Shown: positions 1 through 9,118, numbered from the stretch's first letter. The stretch is DNA of 50,259 nt from Candidatus Bruticola sp. (GCA_051874735.1 JBJEGD010000014.1:1-50259); one strand, 5' to 3'. Notes: a model not told the origin generated them from the sequence alone. Numbers and translations: made by a program.

Positions 1-74
1 TTTTAATCCCTTTTGGGCTTGTTGGGGTTGGGCAGTTCTTTAAAAGATCGCCAAACATGTAAATAAAATGTTAA

Positions 75-107
75 TTATTGTGGCGATACCTCATTCATCC
101 ACAATAA
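75..107. repeat. 9-bp inverted repeat (TTATTGTGG / CCACAATAA, 15-nt spacer) spanning the manB truncation point
   Basis: Arms at 75-83 and 99-107, read directly from the sequence. Confidence 0.6.
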
Positions 108-1144
108 AAAAACTCTTTAAAATATTGATGAGCTGACATTTCACCTCCGTAGACAGAGTTATGACATCTCATCGCCTGTTTAATAAAAGCATGTCCAGTT
201 TTAGACATAACTGGTAAGCCATTAGCTTGCAAAACTATCTCTTTGGTATTCCAATATAAACGTGGATCGTAAATAATGGAAGCTCCAGGATACTTATCTA
301 AAAAATATTTGGCGAACAAACCAACCAGATAATACCCTTCTATAAATTGACCGCATTCATCAAAAAAGAAACAGCGATCAAAATCACCATCCCAAGCTGC
401 TCCTAAATCAGCATGACAACACAAAACTGCTTTCGAAGTACTTTGTCTATTTTCAGGAAGCAGGGGATTAGGAATACCGTTAGGGAAGTTGCCATCAGGC
501 TGATCCTGAAATATATGGAGTTCAATAGGCAACTTTTCAGCCAGCCGATTAACTATTATGCCCGCACCTCCGTTACCACAATTAACTGCTACGGTCAATT
601 TATTTTTATAAAAAGTCTCTAGATTAACTAAACCTAAAATAAAATCAATAAACTGATCGTGTATATCTCTTTTTACAGTACGACCTGAACCAGATGGTAA
701 AAGAGAAATAATTTCTGAATTAAAATCCCAATCTTCAGTTACTAAACGTCTAATTTCGCTTAATCCGTTGTCTTGGCAAATGGGGCGGGCTCCGCCTAAG
801 ACCATTTTAAAACCGTTGTATTCTTTAGGATTATGGCTGGCGGTAACCATAATGCCGCCTTCAAAACCTAAAGCGCCACAAGCATAATAAACTTCTTCTG
901 TACCACTTAAACCTATATTAACAACATCTGCTCCAAATTTATTTAAACCAGAACAAACTGCATCGGCCAAAGATGGACTAGTTAAACGAATATCATAACC
1001 GACAACTACTTTATGAGCCCTAGTAACTTTAGCAAAAGCCATACCTAAACGCTCGGCAACTAGTTCATCTAACTCTTGAGGAACTCTACCACGAATATCG
1101 TAAGCTTTAAAAGCCGATAGAGCATAAGCCAACCCATTGCCCAT
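95..1144 (-). CDS. manB: Phosphomannomutase/phosphoglucomutase, 3'-truncated (domain 4 missing; probable interrupted gene)
   Basis: FKAYDIRG N-terminus, catalytic TASHNP, metal loop DGDFDR, sugar loop GEMSAH. The ORF stops at ...FFYCG* where homologues continue YCDSG.. for about 100 more residues. Lies downstream of manC. Confidence 0.88.
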   Translation of the reverse strand: MGNGLAYALSAFKAYDIRGRVPQELDELVAERLGMAFAKVTRAHKVVVGYDIRLTSPSLADAVCSGLNKFGADVVNIGLSGTEEVYYACGALGFEGGIMVTASHNPKEYNGFKMVLGGARPICQDNGLSEIRRLVTEDWDFNSEIISLLPSGSGRTVKRDIHDQFIDFILGLVNLETFYKNKLTVAVNCGNGGAGIIVNRLAEKLPIELHIFQDQPDGNFPNGIPNPLLPENRQSTSKAVLCCHADLGAAWDGDFDRCFFFDECGQFIEGYYLVGLFAKYFLDKYPGASIIYDPRLYWNTKEIVLQANGLPVMSKTGHAFIKQAMRCHNSVYGGEMSAHQYFKEFFYCG

Positions 1145-1227
1145 AGTTTTTTTATATATCCTTTTCTTGAAAATAAAACAATAAACCCCGTTCTTTTATC
1201 AAAACAGACTTTATTATAACTGCAAAA

Positions 1228-2361
1228 TTAAGCTAGACTTTCAGGTAAAGTCTCCACTAATTTTTTTACATTACCCAATTGATCTAAGGGAACAACTAAA
1301 AGATTGTTAGCAGACTGAATTACAGCCATATTATCTACGCCTACTAAAGCGATATGACTTTTGGGATTATCTGTAAAGATAATATTGTTATGTGAGCGAT
1401 AAACGCTGATATTACCTTGATATCTATTTAAATCCTCATCGTGTTCAAAGAAAGGAGCTACTGCCATCCAATCGCCTAAATCTAGCCAATTAAAATCGGC
1501 TTCAACAATACGTATTTCACGGGCACGCTCCATAATAGCGTAATCTACAGAAATTTTACGCAATTTTTCAAAAGCTGACGCTAAAGCTTGTTCCCAGTAA
1601 GGAGTACCGTAAACCTTAATAGCCGGCTTCAAATTTTCTAAATGTTTCGGAAGCTGGCGAGAAAACTCACTTAAAATAGTTTCAGTTTCCCAAACAAACA
1701 TGCCACTATTCCAAAAAAAATGGCCGCTTTCAAAAAAAGCTTGAGCTTGAGGTTCCTGAGGCTTTTCTTTAAAACGCAAAAGCTGAAAATGCTTAGGAGC
1801 ACTCGGAGTTAAAAGTTCATCAAAAGCTGGACTATCAGCTGGATCGTCAATCTGTAAACCGCATTCTAAATATCCGTAAGCTGTAGCAGCATATGTAGGT
1901 TTAATTCCTAGAGTATAAATAGCTTTTGAATGTTTAGAGCCGGCCGCAGCACTTAAAATTACTCTCTGAAATTTATCAGTAGGTTCAATATAATGATCGG
2001 AAGTCAAAACCAGCATAGTGCAGTCACCAAAAAGTTTTTGTACTAACAAAGAAGCCAAAGCTACAGCTGCAGCCGTATCTCGGCGACAGGGTTCACCGAT
2101 AATTTGTTCTTTAGATAACTCGGGCAGTTGTTTTTTTACTAAATTGACAAATTTTTTACTAGTTAATACCAGAATGCGCTCTAAAGGTACGATCCCTTTC
2201 AGACGATCAAAGCTTTGCTGCAGCAATGTGCGTCCGCCGAACAGATTGAGAAACTGTTTGGGACGTGCAGAAGTACTTACAGGCCAAAAACGGGTACCAG
2301 CACCTCCAGCCATAATCACAGCAGCTAATTTGGGCAAACAGCTAATTACGTTTTCGCTCAT
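1228..2361 (-). CDS. manC: Mannose-1-phosphate guanylyltransferase (no PMI domain)
   Basis: AGGAGTRFWPVS..PKQFL, EPCRRDTA, SDH, FKEKP, WNSGMF, ISVDYAIME and WLDLGDW motifs. Confidence 0.93.
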   Translation of the reverse strand: MSENVISCLPKLAAVIMAGGAGTRFWPVSTSARPKQFLNLFGGRTLLQQSFDRLKGIVPLERILVLTSKKFVNLVKKQLPELSKEQIIGEPCRRDTAAAVALASLLVQKLFGDCTMLVLTSDHYIEPTDKFQRVILSAAAGSKHSKAIYTLGIKPTYAATAYGYLECGLQIDDPADSPAFDELLTPSAPKHFQLLRFKEKPQEPQAQAFFESGHFFWNSGMFVWETETILSEFSRQLPKHLENLKPAIKVYGTPYWEQALASAFEKLRKISVDYAIMERAREIRIVEADFNWLDLGDWMAVAPFFEHDEDLNRYQGNISVYRSHNNIIFTDNPKSHIALVGVDNMAVIQSANNLLVVPLDQLGNVKKLVETLPESLA

Positions 2362-2558
2362 TTTTGCTTCGAAGAGAAAAGGTTTTCTCTAAGCTCCACT
2401 CATAAAAAAACTCGGCCTACTGTTCGTTTCCTGTTGTTTTTATCCCCTTTTATCTCACTATTTATATAAAAAGTTTAAGGATAAAAACAGCTTTTTTAAG
2501 CAGGCAGATTGGTTTTTTAGTCGTATTGCTGAAGAAAAAATAAAGACGGAACCACACA

Positions 2559-2771
2559 ATGAGAACTTATCGCGGTACAATGCGTTTAGTTAAGTTGGAA
2601 GGCGCATCTTGGATGCTTGAAACTCCCGAACATCGCTATCCTCTACAAGGGCTTCCTAATGAATTCCAGTTGGAAGGACTTAAAGTAGAAATTGAAGGCG
2701 AGGAACAAGCTATTTTCAGTTATTTAATGGCCGGCAAAACATTAGTGATACATAAAATCCGCCGTCTATGA
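2559..2771 (+). CDS. Small hypothetical protein (70 aa, predicted beta-rich/OB-like)
   Basis: Compact ORF in an otherwise intergenic gap, co-directional with tyrS, with alternating hydrophobic beta-strand pattern and a LEG..W.L motif. Confidence 0.7.
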   Translation: MRTYRGTMRLVKLEGASWMLETPEHRYPLQGLPNEFQLEGLKVEIEGEEQAIFSYLMAGKTLVIHKIRRL

Positions 2772-2833
2772 ATATTAGCTTCGGCAAAAATATCTGCTTT
2801 TAAATCGTTATCCATTTAACAAGGAGAAGGACT

Positions 2834-4069
2834 GTGAGTGAAATTAACTCTGAAGTAAAAGAACAAGGCTTTTCACCGGAAATAATTGAACAGGCAGAGG
2901 CGCAAATGACTAAACTGCGCCGCGGTACAGCTGAAATCATCAGCGAAAAAGAATTAAAGTACAAAATTATGCGCAGTTTGCGTGATCATAAACCTCTGCG
3001 TATCAAGTTAGGATTAGATCCGACAGCTCCTCATATTCACTTAGGATTTGCCGTTGTTTTGCGCAAGCTACGTCAGTTCCAAGATTTTGGCCATAAAGTA
3101 ATTATCGTTATCGGAGATTTTACAGCTAGAGTCGGCGATCCAACTGGACGCAGTCAAACTCGCAAAGTTCTTAGTATTGAACAAATTCAAGCAAATGCCG
3201 CCACTTACAGGAATCAGCTTTCAGCCATTCTCAATCCTGAACAAACTGAAGTACGTTTCAATTCTGAATGGTTAGAGAAAATGAACTTCAACGACGTTAT
3301 CGCTCTCTGTTCTCGCTACACAGTAGCCAGAATTATGGAGCGTGACGACTTTACTAAACGGTTTAATTCCGGAATCTCTATCGGTGTACACGAGTTTCTG
3401 TATCCCTTAATGCAAGGATGGGATTCTGTCAATTTAGAGTCTGATTTAGAGATGGGTGGTACTGATCAAAAATTTAATAATTTAGTAGGACGCGAGCTAC
3501 AAACTCAAGTAGGGCAGGAACCGCAGTGCGTTATGCTTATGCCTATTCTGGAAGGATTAGACGGCGTACAGAAAATGTCCAAGAGTTTGGGCAACTACGT
3601 CGGTATCACTGAAACAGCTCAAGAGATGTTTAATAAGCTTATGTCTCTTCCCGACGATAAAATACGCCGTTACTTTGAACTTTGCACTGACGTCGACTTA
3701 GAAGCTGTAGATAAGGCTATTGCTAAAGACAACCCCCGCGACACTAAACGTTGGCTAGCTAGAGAGATTATTTCTATCTATCATACGGTTCAAGAAGCTG
3801 AAGCTGCTGATGCTGAGTGGCTCAGAGTGGTTTCTCAAGGATCCCAACCTGCAGACATTCCAGAAATCAATGTCGGCACAGGTTCTATTGGAGTATTAGA
3901 TCTAATTATGAAGGTCGGCTTAGCTCCTTCCAAACGCGAAGCGAGGCGCTTTGTTACCCAAAATGCTTTTGTGGTAGATGGTAATGTTGTTAATGATCCT
4001 ACAGCCTCAATAGATATAATCCCCGGCTTAACTATAAAAATAGGCCGCAAGTGGCGTAAATTATCTTAA
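2834..4069 (+). CDS. tyrS: Tyrosine--tRNA ligase (type 2, C-terminal S4 domain)
   Basis: GLDPTAP, HIGH variant HLGF, GDFTA..GDPTG, YPLMQG.D, GGTDQKFN, KMSKS, S4-like SKREARR. GTG start with AAGGAG RBS. Confidence 0.97.
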   Translation: MSEINSEVKEQGFSPEIIEQAEAQMTKLRRGTAEIISEKELKYKIMRSLRDHKPLRIKLGLDPTAPHIHLGFAVVLRKLRQFQDFGHKVIIVIGDFTARVGDPTGRSQTRKVLSIEQIQANAATYRNQLSAILNPEQTEVRFNSEWLEKMNFNDVIALCSRYTVARIMERDDFTKRFNSGISIGVHEFLYPLMQGWDSVNLESDLEMGGTDQKFNNLVGRELQTQVGQEPQCVMLMPILEGLDGVQKMSKSLGNYVGITETAQEMFNKLMSLPDDKIRRYFELCTDVDLEAVDKAIAKDNPRDTKRWLAREIISIYHTVQEAEAADAEWLRVVSQGSQPADIPEINVGTGSIGVLDLIMKVGLAPSKREARRFVTQNAFVVDGNVVNDPTASIDIIPGLTIKIGRKWRKLS

Positions 4070-4095
4070 CAAATTAAAAAACTTAATTTATAATT

Positions 4096-4133
4096 AAAAA
4101 AGTGCCGTCAAAAGAATTTTGAGGCGCTTTTTT
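4096..4133 (+). terminator. Intrinsic terminator after tyrS
   Basis: Stem AGTGCC..TCAAAA / TTTTGA.GGCGCT followed by a T-run, with an A-run upstream. Confidence 0.7.
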
Positions 4134-4227
4134 ATACTTAATTGACAGCAAATATAACTAATAAAAGGAAAAGGCTGGCAACGTTTTTATATAGAACGTT
4201 TATTTATAATTTATAATTGAGGTAATA

Positions 4228-5349
4228 ATGTCGTATACTGCGATTGAAGCTGCCCTAATAGCTTTAAAAGAGATTGGCCAGCCTGTTAGCTCCAAAGAAT
4301 TAACTGATTATATTCTGCAGCATAAATTATGGGAAACTTCCGGACAAACTCCAGATGCTACTATAGCTGCCAGAATGTACGTAGATATAAAGAATAATCC
4401 GGAAACATCTCTATTCACTATGACAGATCGGGGAATCTTCGCTCTCAAGGAGTGGAATCTATCTCTGCAGATACATTGCAATATAGCGGAATTAGTCATA
4501 AAAATCTTAAAGCGCAGTTCAAAGCCTTTATCTAAACAAGAAATTACGCAGCAGCTAATAGCGGAGAAATTATGGACGCCTAACCCTAATTTTACAAGCA
4601 GTCCTGACGACATAATTGCTGCCATGATTTATGGCTATATGAAAAAAGCCGGCAGTGACTCCGAAATTTATAAAGTTGATCGAGGAATATTTGCGTGGCG
4701 CCACCCGAATACTAACGATAATTTAAGTACAGTAACTGACAGTAATATAGTTACAGATCCTGAATCAGAATTTTCGACAGATAAGTTTAACGAAACAATT
4801 ATACCAGTAGAAGAAAAAATATCGGAGAAAGTGCTCACAGAAAAAGAACCACTAATTATTGAAGAAAAAATTTATCACAGTAATGATAAAGTAAAAAAGA
4901 TACTCCGCGATAAGCTTATTAACATGAATCCGGCAGCTTTCGAACGTCTGATAGGTCAACTTTTAAGGGCTATGGGATTTCAAGCGGAAGTAACTAAATA
5001 TGTTCGCGATAATGGCATAGACGTCCGTGGTGAATTAGTTATTGATGATGTAATTAAAGTTAAAATGAGCGTTCAAGCTAAGAGGTATAAAATAGGGGTC
5101 AACGTTTCAGCTCCCACTGTCCAGCAACTGCGCGGCAGCGTAAAAACAGTTGAGCTGGAAAGAGGTTTGATTATAACAACGAGCGATTTTACTAAAGAAG
5201 CTTATAAAGAGGCCGAGGAAGATGGTAAAACTAATATCGCTTTAATGAATGGTGAAAAATTGGTTGAGCTACTTTTAAAATATGAAATAGGGGTAAAATC
5301 GCAAAAAGTATATACTATAGATCAGAGCGCCTTTGCTAATTTTGAGTAA
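4228..5349 (+). CDS. mrr: Mrr-family restriction endonuclease with two N-terminal HARE-HTH domains
   Basis: Two copies of an IL...PL...EI...LW...TP..I.A.....DRGIFA winged-helix unit. C-terminal FERLIGQLLRAMGF..DNGIDV..VQAKRY..GLIITTSDFT..L.NGEKLV matches the Mrr catalytic domain. Confidence 0.85.
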   Translation: MSYTAIEAALIALKEIGQPVSSKELTDYILQHKLWETSGQTPDATIAARMYVDIKNNPETSLFTMTDRGIFALKEWNLSLQIHCNIAELVIKILKRSSKPLSKQEITQQLIAEKLWTPNPNFTSSPDDIIAAMIYGYMKKAGSDSEIYKVDRGIFAWRHPNTNDNLSTVTDSNIVTDPESEFSTDKFNETIIPVEEKISEKVLTEKEPLIIEEKIYHSNDKVKKILRDKLINMNPAAFERLIGQLLRAMGFQAEVTKYVRDNGIDVRGELVIDDVIKVKMSVQAKRYKIGVNVSAPTVQQLRGSVKTVELERGLIITTSDFTKEAYKEAEEDGKTNIALMNGEKLVELLLKYEIGVKSQKVYTIDQSAFANFE

Positions 5350-5353
5350 AACA

Positions 5354-5405
5354 TAAAGGAAAAATCCCTCAGTATTGAATGAATACTGAGGGATTTTTTC
5401 TTTAT
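5354..5405. terminator. Bidirectional terminator between convergent mrr and nrdJ
   Basis: 17-bp perfect stem AAAAATCCCTCAGTATT (5360-5376) / AATACTGAGGGATTTTT (5382-5398). Confidence 0.8.
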
Positions 5406-5443
5406 CAGTTTGTTAAACGGTTATAAAACTAGCATCGAGGATT

Positions 5444-7927
5444 CTAGCATTCGGAATGACCGCAAAGGTAACACTTGGTGCAGCCTTCAATATTTATAAA
5501 GCTGCTGTTGCCACATTCAGGACAGAGATCGGCTGTAATTTTTCCAATAGCCTCAGCTTTTTGTCTGATTTTTTCAAGCTCTGGATTATCATCAGAAGCC
5601 AAATAATTTTCAGAAAGAGCCTGAGAAATGGCGTCAGGCAGAGAACGAACTCTGTTTTTTCCAAAACCGACTGAACTTTGACCGCCGATACCTCCCAGTT
5701 GTTTAACGATCTCTTTGACGCGTTCTTTAGGACTTAAAGGTGAATTGACGCGCAGCAAAATGGAAGCAATTCTACCCAAAGCCTCAGCCATAGCCTTAAT
5801 ATCAGAACCGCCTTTACCGATTTCGATAAACACTTCAAAAGGTTGATTGTCTTCATCATCATTCATAATGATATGGGCTGTACCCGTAGGAGTCGACTTT
5901 GTAACAGTTACTCCGCGGCGCATAGTGGGACGCGGTCTGACCTTAGGCTGTTTAGTTGCATTTTTATTTTCAGAAGCCTTTTGGGCAGATTTAACTGATT
6001 TCTCAGTTTTATCAGCATTTAAAACTTGTTCATCTCTAGATTTATCTCTATAGATGGTTCCACCTTTGCAGCCGAGTTTATACATAAGTTCATACAACTC
6101 GCGTACTTGGTCTACAGTATAATTAGACGGTACATTACAGGTTTTAGAGATAGCAGAATCAACCCAATACTGAATAGCTGCCTGCACTTTAACATGTTCT
6201 TGAGGAGTAAGATCTAAGGCGCTGACAAAATAATCAGGAGTAGGCTCATCTGGGTGTTGCTGTTGCCATTCATCTAGAACAGCCACTTTTTCAATGTGAA
6301 TGCCTAAACGACTTTTGCGGGTGTAAGACCAAAAATAAAAAGGCTCTATGCCGGTAGAGGTACCGACCATTGTGCCTACGGTGCCTGTAGGAGCCTGAGT
6401 AAGCAGTGTGACGTTGCGAATACCTTGAGAGGCGATTTTGGTTTTGGTTGTCTCGGAAAGACGCTCTACAAACTTGCCTTGTAGATACTTGTCTGACTCA
6501 AAATGAGCAAAACTACCTTTTTCAGAAGCTAAATCGGCTGAAGCTTGGTAAGCAGTTTCAGCAATAAATTGATAAAGTTGACTTATAAATTGCTCTGATT
6601 CTGGAGAACCGTAGCGAACCTTCTGTCTAATTAACAATTCGGCTAAACCGACCGTACCTAAACCGATGCGCCGTTCCTTTAACTGCTGCTCTTTGTTCTG
6701 ATTAAAGAAATAGGGCGTAGTGTCAATAATATTATCCAAGAAGCGCACAGCATATTGAACCGTTTTCCTCAACTTATCCCAATCAACTTGTCCGTTATGG
6801 CTCATTTTAGAAAGGTTAATATGTCCTAAATTGCATACTGACCAAGCGGGAAGGGGCTGCTCTCCGCAAGGGTTAGTACAGACGATCAGACCTTCCGGAT
6901 AATACCAAGAATTAGAAAGTTCGTTGCTGCGATCTACAAACCAAATGCCAGGCTCAGCCGAGGCCCAAGCGCTTTCAATAATGTTATTCCAAATATCCCG
7001 AGCTTTGACAGTTTTATGAACGATAACAGTTCCGCCTTTTTGCTGCCAATCTTTAATGTCGCCCTTCCATTCAGAAGCATAAAGTGGATCGTTAGTGTCA
7101 GGGAAGATAAAACTCCACTCGCTATCATTGTGAACAGCCTGCATGAAATCGTCAGTAATGCCTACCGAAATGTTAGCATTAGTTATTTTTCCTTCTTCCC
7201 TTTTGGAATTAATAAATTCCAAAATATCGGGATGCCAGACGTTAAGAATCAGCATAAGAGCTCCACGCCTTGAACCTCCCTGTTCAATTAAGCCAGTCAC
7301 AAAACTGTAAAGTCCGCCCCAAGAAACAGAACCGGAAGAGCGTCCGTTAACACCTTTGACATAAGAGTGGCGAGGGCGCAAAGTGGAAAGATTAATACCC
7401 ACACCGCCACCGCGGCTCATAATTTCAGCCATATGGGAAAGCGTGTTAATAATGCCGTCTCGAGAATCGTGGGGGCTGGGTACTACGAAGCAGTTATAAA
7501 AGGTGAGTTGCTGACTACTACCGCAAGAGGAGAGAATACGCCCTCCTGGTACAAACTTCCAACCTTCTAAGAGCCAGCGAAAATTTTTCTCCCATGTTTG
7601 GCGATCTTGATCTTTCTCTACCTGGGAGGTTCCGGCGGCAACACGATCCATCATATCTTCTACATGAAGTTCAAGAGGTTTGTCGACGCGCTCTTTTACG
7701 GTTTCAAAAGGAGTGCCGTCGCGCAGAACCAGACTTAAATTGACGCCGTCAATTGCGACGATCTCGCCAATTTCTCGTTGGCTGCTCTTGGGATCCAAAA
7801 GCACTACAACGGTATCGCCCTCTTTCAAAGTATCTTTGGAACCATCTTTCAGTGAATAGCGGTCCAAAAAGATCTTTTCTCCTAAACTTGATAGTTTATT
7901 TTCTGCAGAAAGATAAGTTGGCTGCAT
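5444..7927 (-). CDS. nrdJ: Adenosylcobalamin-dependent (class II) ribonucleotide reductase with C-terminal TSCPD/Zn-ribbon domain
   Basis: FVPGGRIL, NCFV, GGGVG, RRGALM, TNPCGEQPL, CNLG, APTGT, DSAISKT and terminal CPECG..EGC..C..CG.S.C. Start placed at ATG 7927 (MQPTYL) because a GGAGG lies upstream of it, rather than at TTG 7987. Confidence 0.93.
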   Translation of the reverse strand: MQPTYLSAENKLSSLGEKIFLDRYSLKDGSKDTLKEGDTVVVLLDPKSSQREIGEIVAIDGVNLSLVLRDGTPFETVKERVDKPLELHVEDMMDRVAAGTSQVEKDQDRQTWEKNFRWLLEGWKFVPGGRILSSCGSSQQLTFYNCFVVPSPHDSRDGIINTLSHMAEIMSRGGGVGINLSTLRPRHSYVKGVNGRSSGSVSWGGLYSFVTGLIEQGGSRRGALMLILNVWHPDILEFINSKREEGKITNANISVGITDDFMQAVHNDSEWSFIFPDTNDPLYASEWKGDIKDWQQKGGTVIVHKTVKARDIWNNIIESAWASAEPGIWFVDRSNELSNSWYYPEGLIVCTNPCGEQPLPAWSVCNLGHINLSKMSHNGQVDWDKLRKTVQYAVRFLDNIIDTTPYFFNQNKEQQLKERRIGLGTVGLAELLIRQKVRYGSPESEQFISQLYQFIAETAYQASADLASEKGSFAHFESDKYLQGKFVERLSETTKTKIASQGIRNVTLLTQAPTGTVGTMVGTSTGIEPFYFWSYTRKSRLGIHIEKVAVLDEWQQQHPDEPTPDYFVSALDLTPQEHVKVQAAIQYWVDSAISKTCNVPSNYTVDQVRELYELMYKLGCKGGTIYRDKSRDEQVLNADKTEKSVKSAQKASENKNATKQPKVRPRPTMRRGVTVTKSTPTGTAHIIMNDDEDNQPFEVFIEIGKGGSDIKAMAEALGRIASILLRVNSPLSPKERVKEIVKQLGGIGGQSSVGFGKNRVRSLPDAISQALSENYLASDDNPELEKIRQKAEAIGKITADLCPECGNSSFINIEGCTKCYLCGHSEC

Positions 7928-8069
7928 TGCTTTCCCCAAATCCTCCGTAATAAAAAAAGTTAATAGGGAAGGCCCTAGTTCTGCCAATGTAACAAATTTC
8001 CCCCCTTGGTCCTTGGCATGGATTTTACAAGACTATTTCCATTCTCTAGATTAGGTCTATTTTTTTATC

Positions 8070-9050
8070 TTAAGATTTAGTGTCGATAAGTACTTTTAAG
8101 CTATTGTGATCTTGAGCTTTAATAAAAGCAGCCAAGCCTTCGCTCAAAGGATAGACTGCACTTATTAAAGGTTCAGGATCTATTAAGCCGGCAGCCATGG
8201 TTTTTAAAGCTGGGGCGAAGGGGCCGCAACGTGAGCCTAATACAGTTATTTCTTTAACGACTATCGGAGCTAAATTAAGAGAAGCTCCTGCAGCGGCCGT
8301 AGTTTTTAAAACTATGGTACCTCTCGGCCTAACGCAATCTATAGCCAGTTGTAGACTATTGGCACTGCCGGTAGCTTCAACAACAATATCAGCTTGGCCG
8401 TCAGGGCGGAAATTTTGTAAAAGCTTAGCAGCTATGCCGAGTTTAGCAGCTATTTGCAGTTTATGAACGTGTTTACCTACTAATATAACTTCTGAGCAGC
8501 TCAAACGAAGGACTAAGGCAGCCATCAGTCCCAATTTGCCGTCGCCTAAGATAACAATTTTCGAATTAGGTTTTATGTGAAGTTGTTCAACTATTTCCCA
8601 AGCGGCAGCTAAAGGTTCAGTAAAAACGGCCTGACGATCGCTTACGGAGTAGGGAACTTCTAATAAATTTTTTACTGGAAGAACTGTATAAGGAGCAAAA
8701 ACTCCATTGCGCCGATCAATGCCTAAGGTAGTTCGCTTGGGGCAGTGTCGGGCGTCATAGTGGGACAGACACCAGGAGCAGCTGCCGCATCCGCAGTTTA
8801 TCTCTCCAACTACGCGTTTGTTTAGCCATTTTTGTTGCTCTGATGCGGAACTTTCGGAGCTCAATTCTTCCACAACACCTACAAATTCGTGACCTAACAC
8901 TCCTTCAAAGTTCATATAGCCTCGACTGAGCTCTAAATCGGTATTACATATGCCGGCTAAGTTTACTCTTATTAAAGCTTCGCCATATGGAATCTGAGGG
9001 CGCACAAATTCTTTTATCTGTAATTCTTTAGCTAAAAATATTGATTTCAT
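8070..9050 (-). CDS. Zinc-dependent medium-chain dehydrogenase/reductase (threonine/alcohol dehydrogenase-like)
   Basis: GICNTD, GHEFVG, structural Zn CGSCSWC..C, EPLAAA, Rossmann GDGKLG, GSRCGPF. Confidence 0.88.
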   Translation of the reverse strand: MKSIFLAKELQIKEFVRPQIPYGEALIRVNLAGICNTDLELSRGYMNFEGVLGHEFVGVVEELSSESSASEQQKWLNKRVVGEINCGCGSCSWCLSHYDARHCPKRTTLGIDRRNGVFAPYTVLPVKNLLEVPYSVSDRQAVFTEPLAAAWEIVEQLHIKPNSKIVILGDGKLGLMAALVLRLSCSEVILVGKHVHKLQIAAKLGIAAKLLQNFRPDGQADIVVEATGSANSLQLAIDCVRPRGTIVLKTTAAAGASLNLAPIVVKEITVLGSRCGPFAPALKTMAAGLIDPEPLISAVYPLSEGLAAFIKAQDHNSLKVLIDTKS

Positions 9051-9073
9051 GTAAACTACCTCATTTTTTATTT

Positions 9074-9118
9074 AAAAAAAATAGAATCTTGTGTATTAGT
9101 ATGCACAAGATTCTATTT
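9074..9118 (-). terminator. Intrinsic terminator after the STAS gene
   Basis: 15-bp stem AAATAGAATCTTGTG / CACAAGATTCTATTT with an A8 run on the left, read as a U-tract on the minus strand. Confidence 0.7.

Noticed and set aside
95-97. UGA recoding or a simple frameshift rescuing manB
   Set aside because: Read-through gives MRYRHNN then another stop, and I see no DSG-like continuation in the other frames. Other genes here use TGA as a normal stop.
2538-2558. T-box-like word (GACGGAACCAC) upstream of tyrS
   Set aside because: Lacks the UGGN needed to pair with the tRNA NCCA end, has no following terminator, and an ORF lies between it and tyrS.
5444-7927. Inteins or introns in the ribonucleotide reductases (nrdJ, also nrdD)
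   Set aside because: Both ORFs are continuous and of normal length, with no intein splice or LAGLIDADG motifs visible.
7928-8069. NrdR boxes upstream of nrdJ (and of nrdD)
   Set aside because: No convincing match to the ACAC(A/T)ATAT(A/T)TTGTG-type palindrome found by eye.
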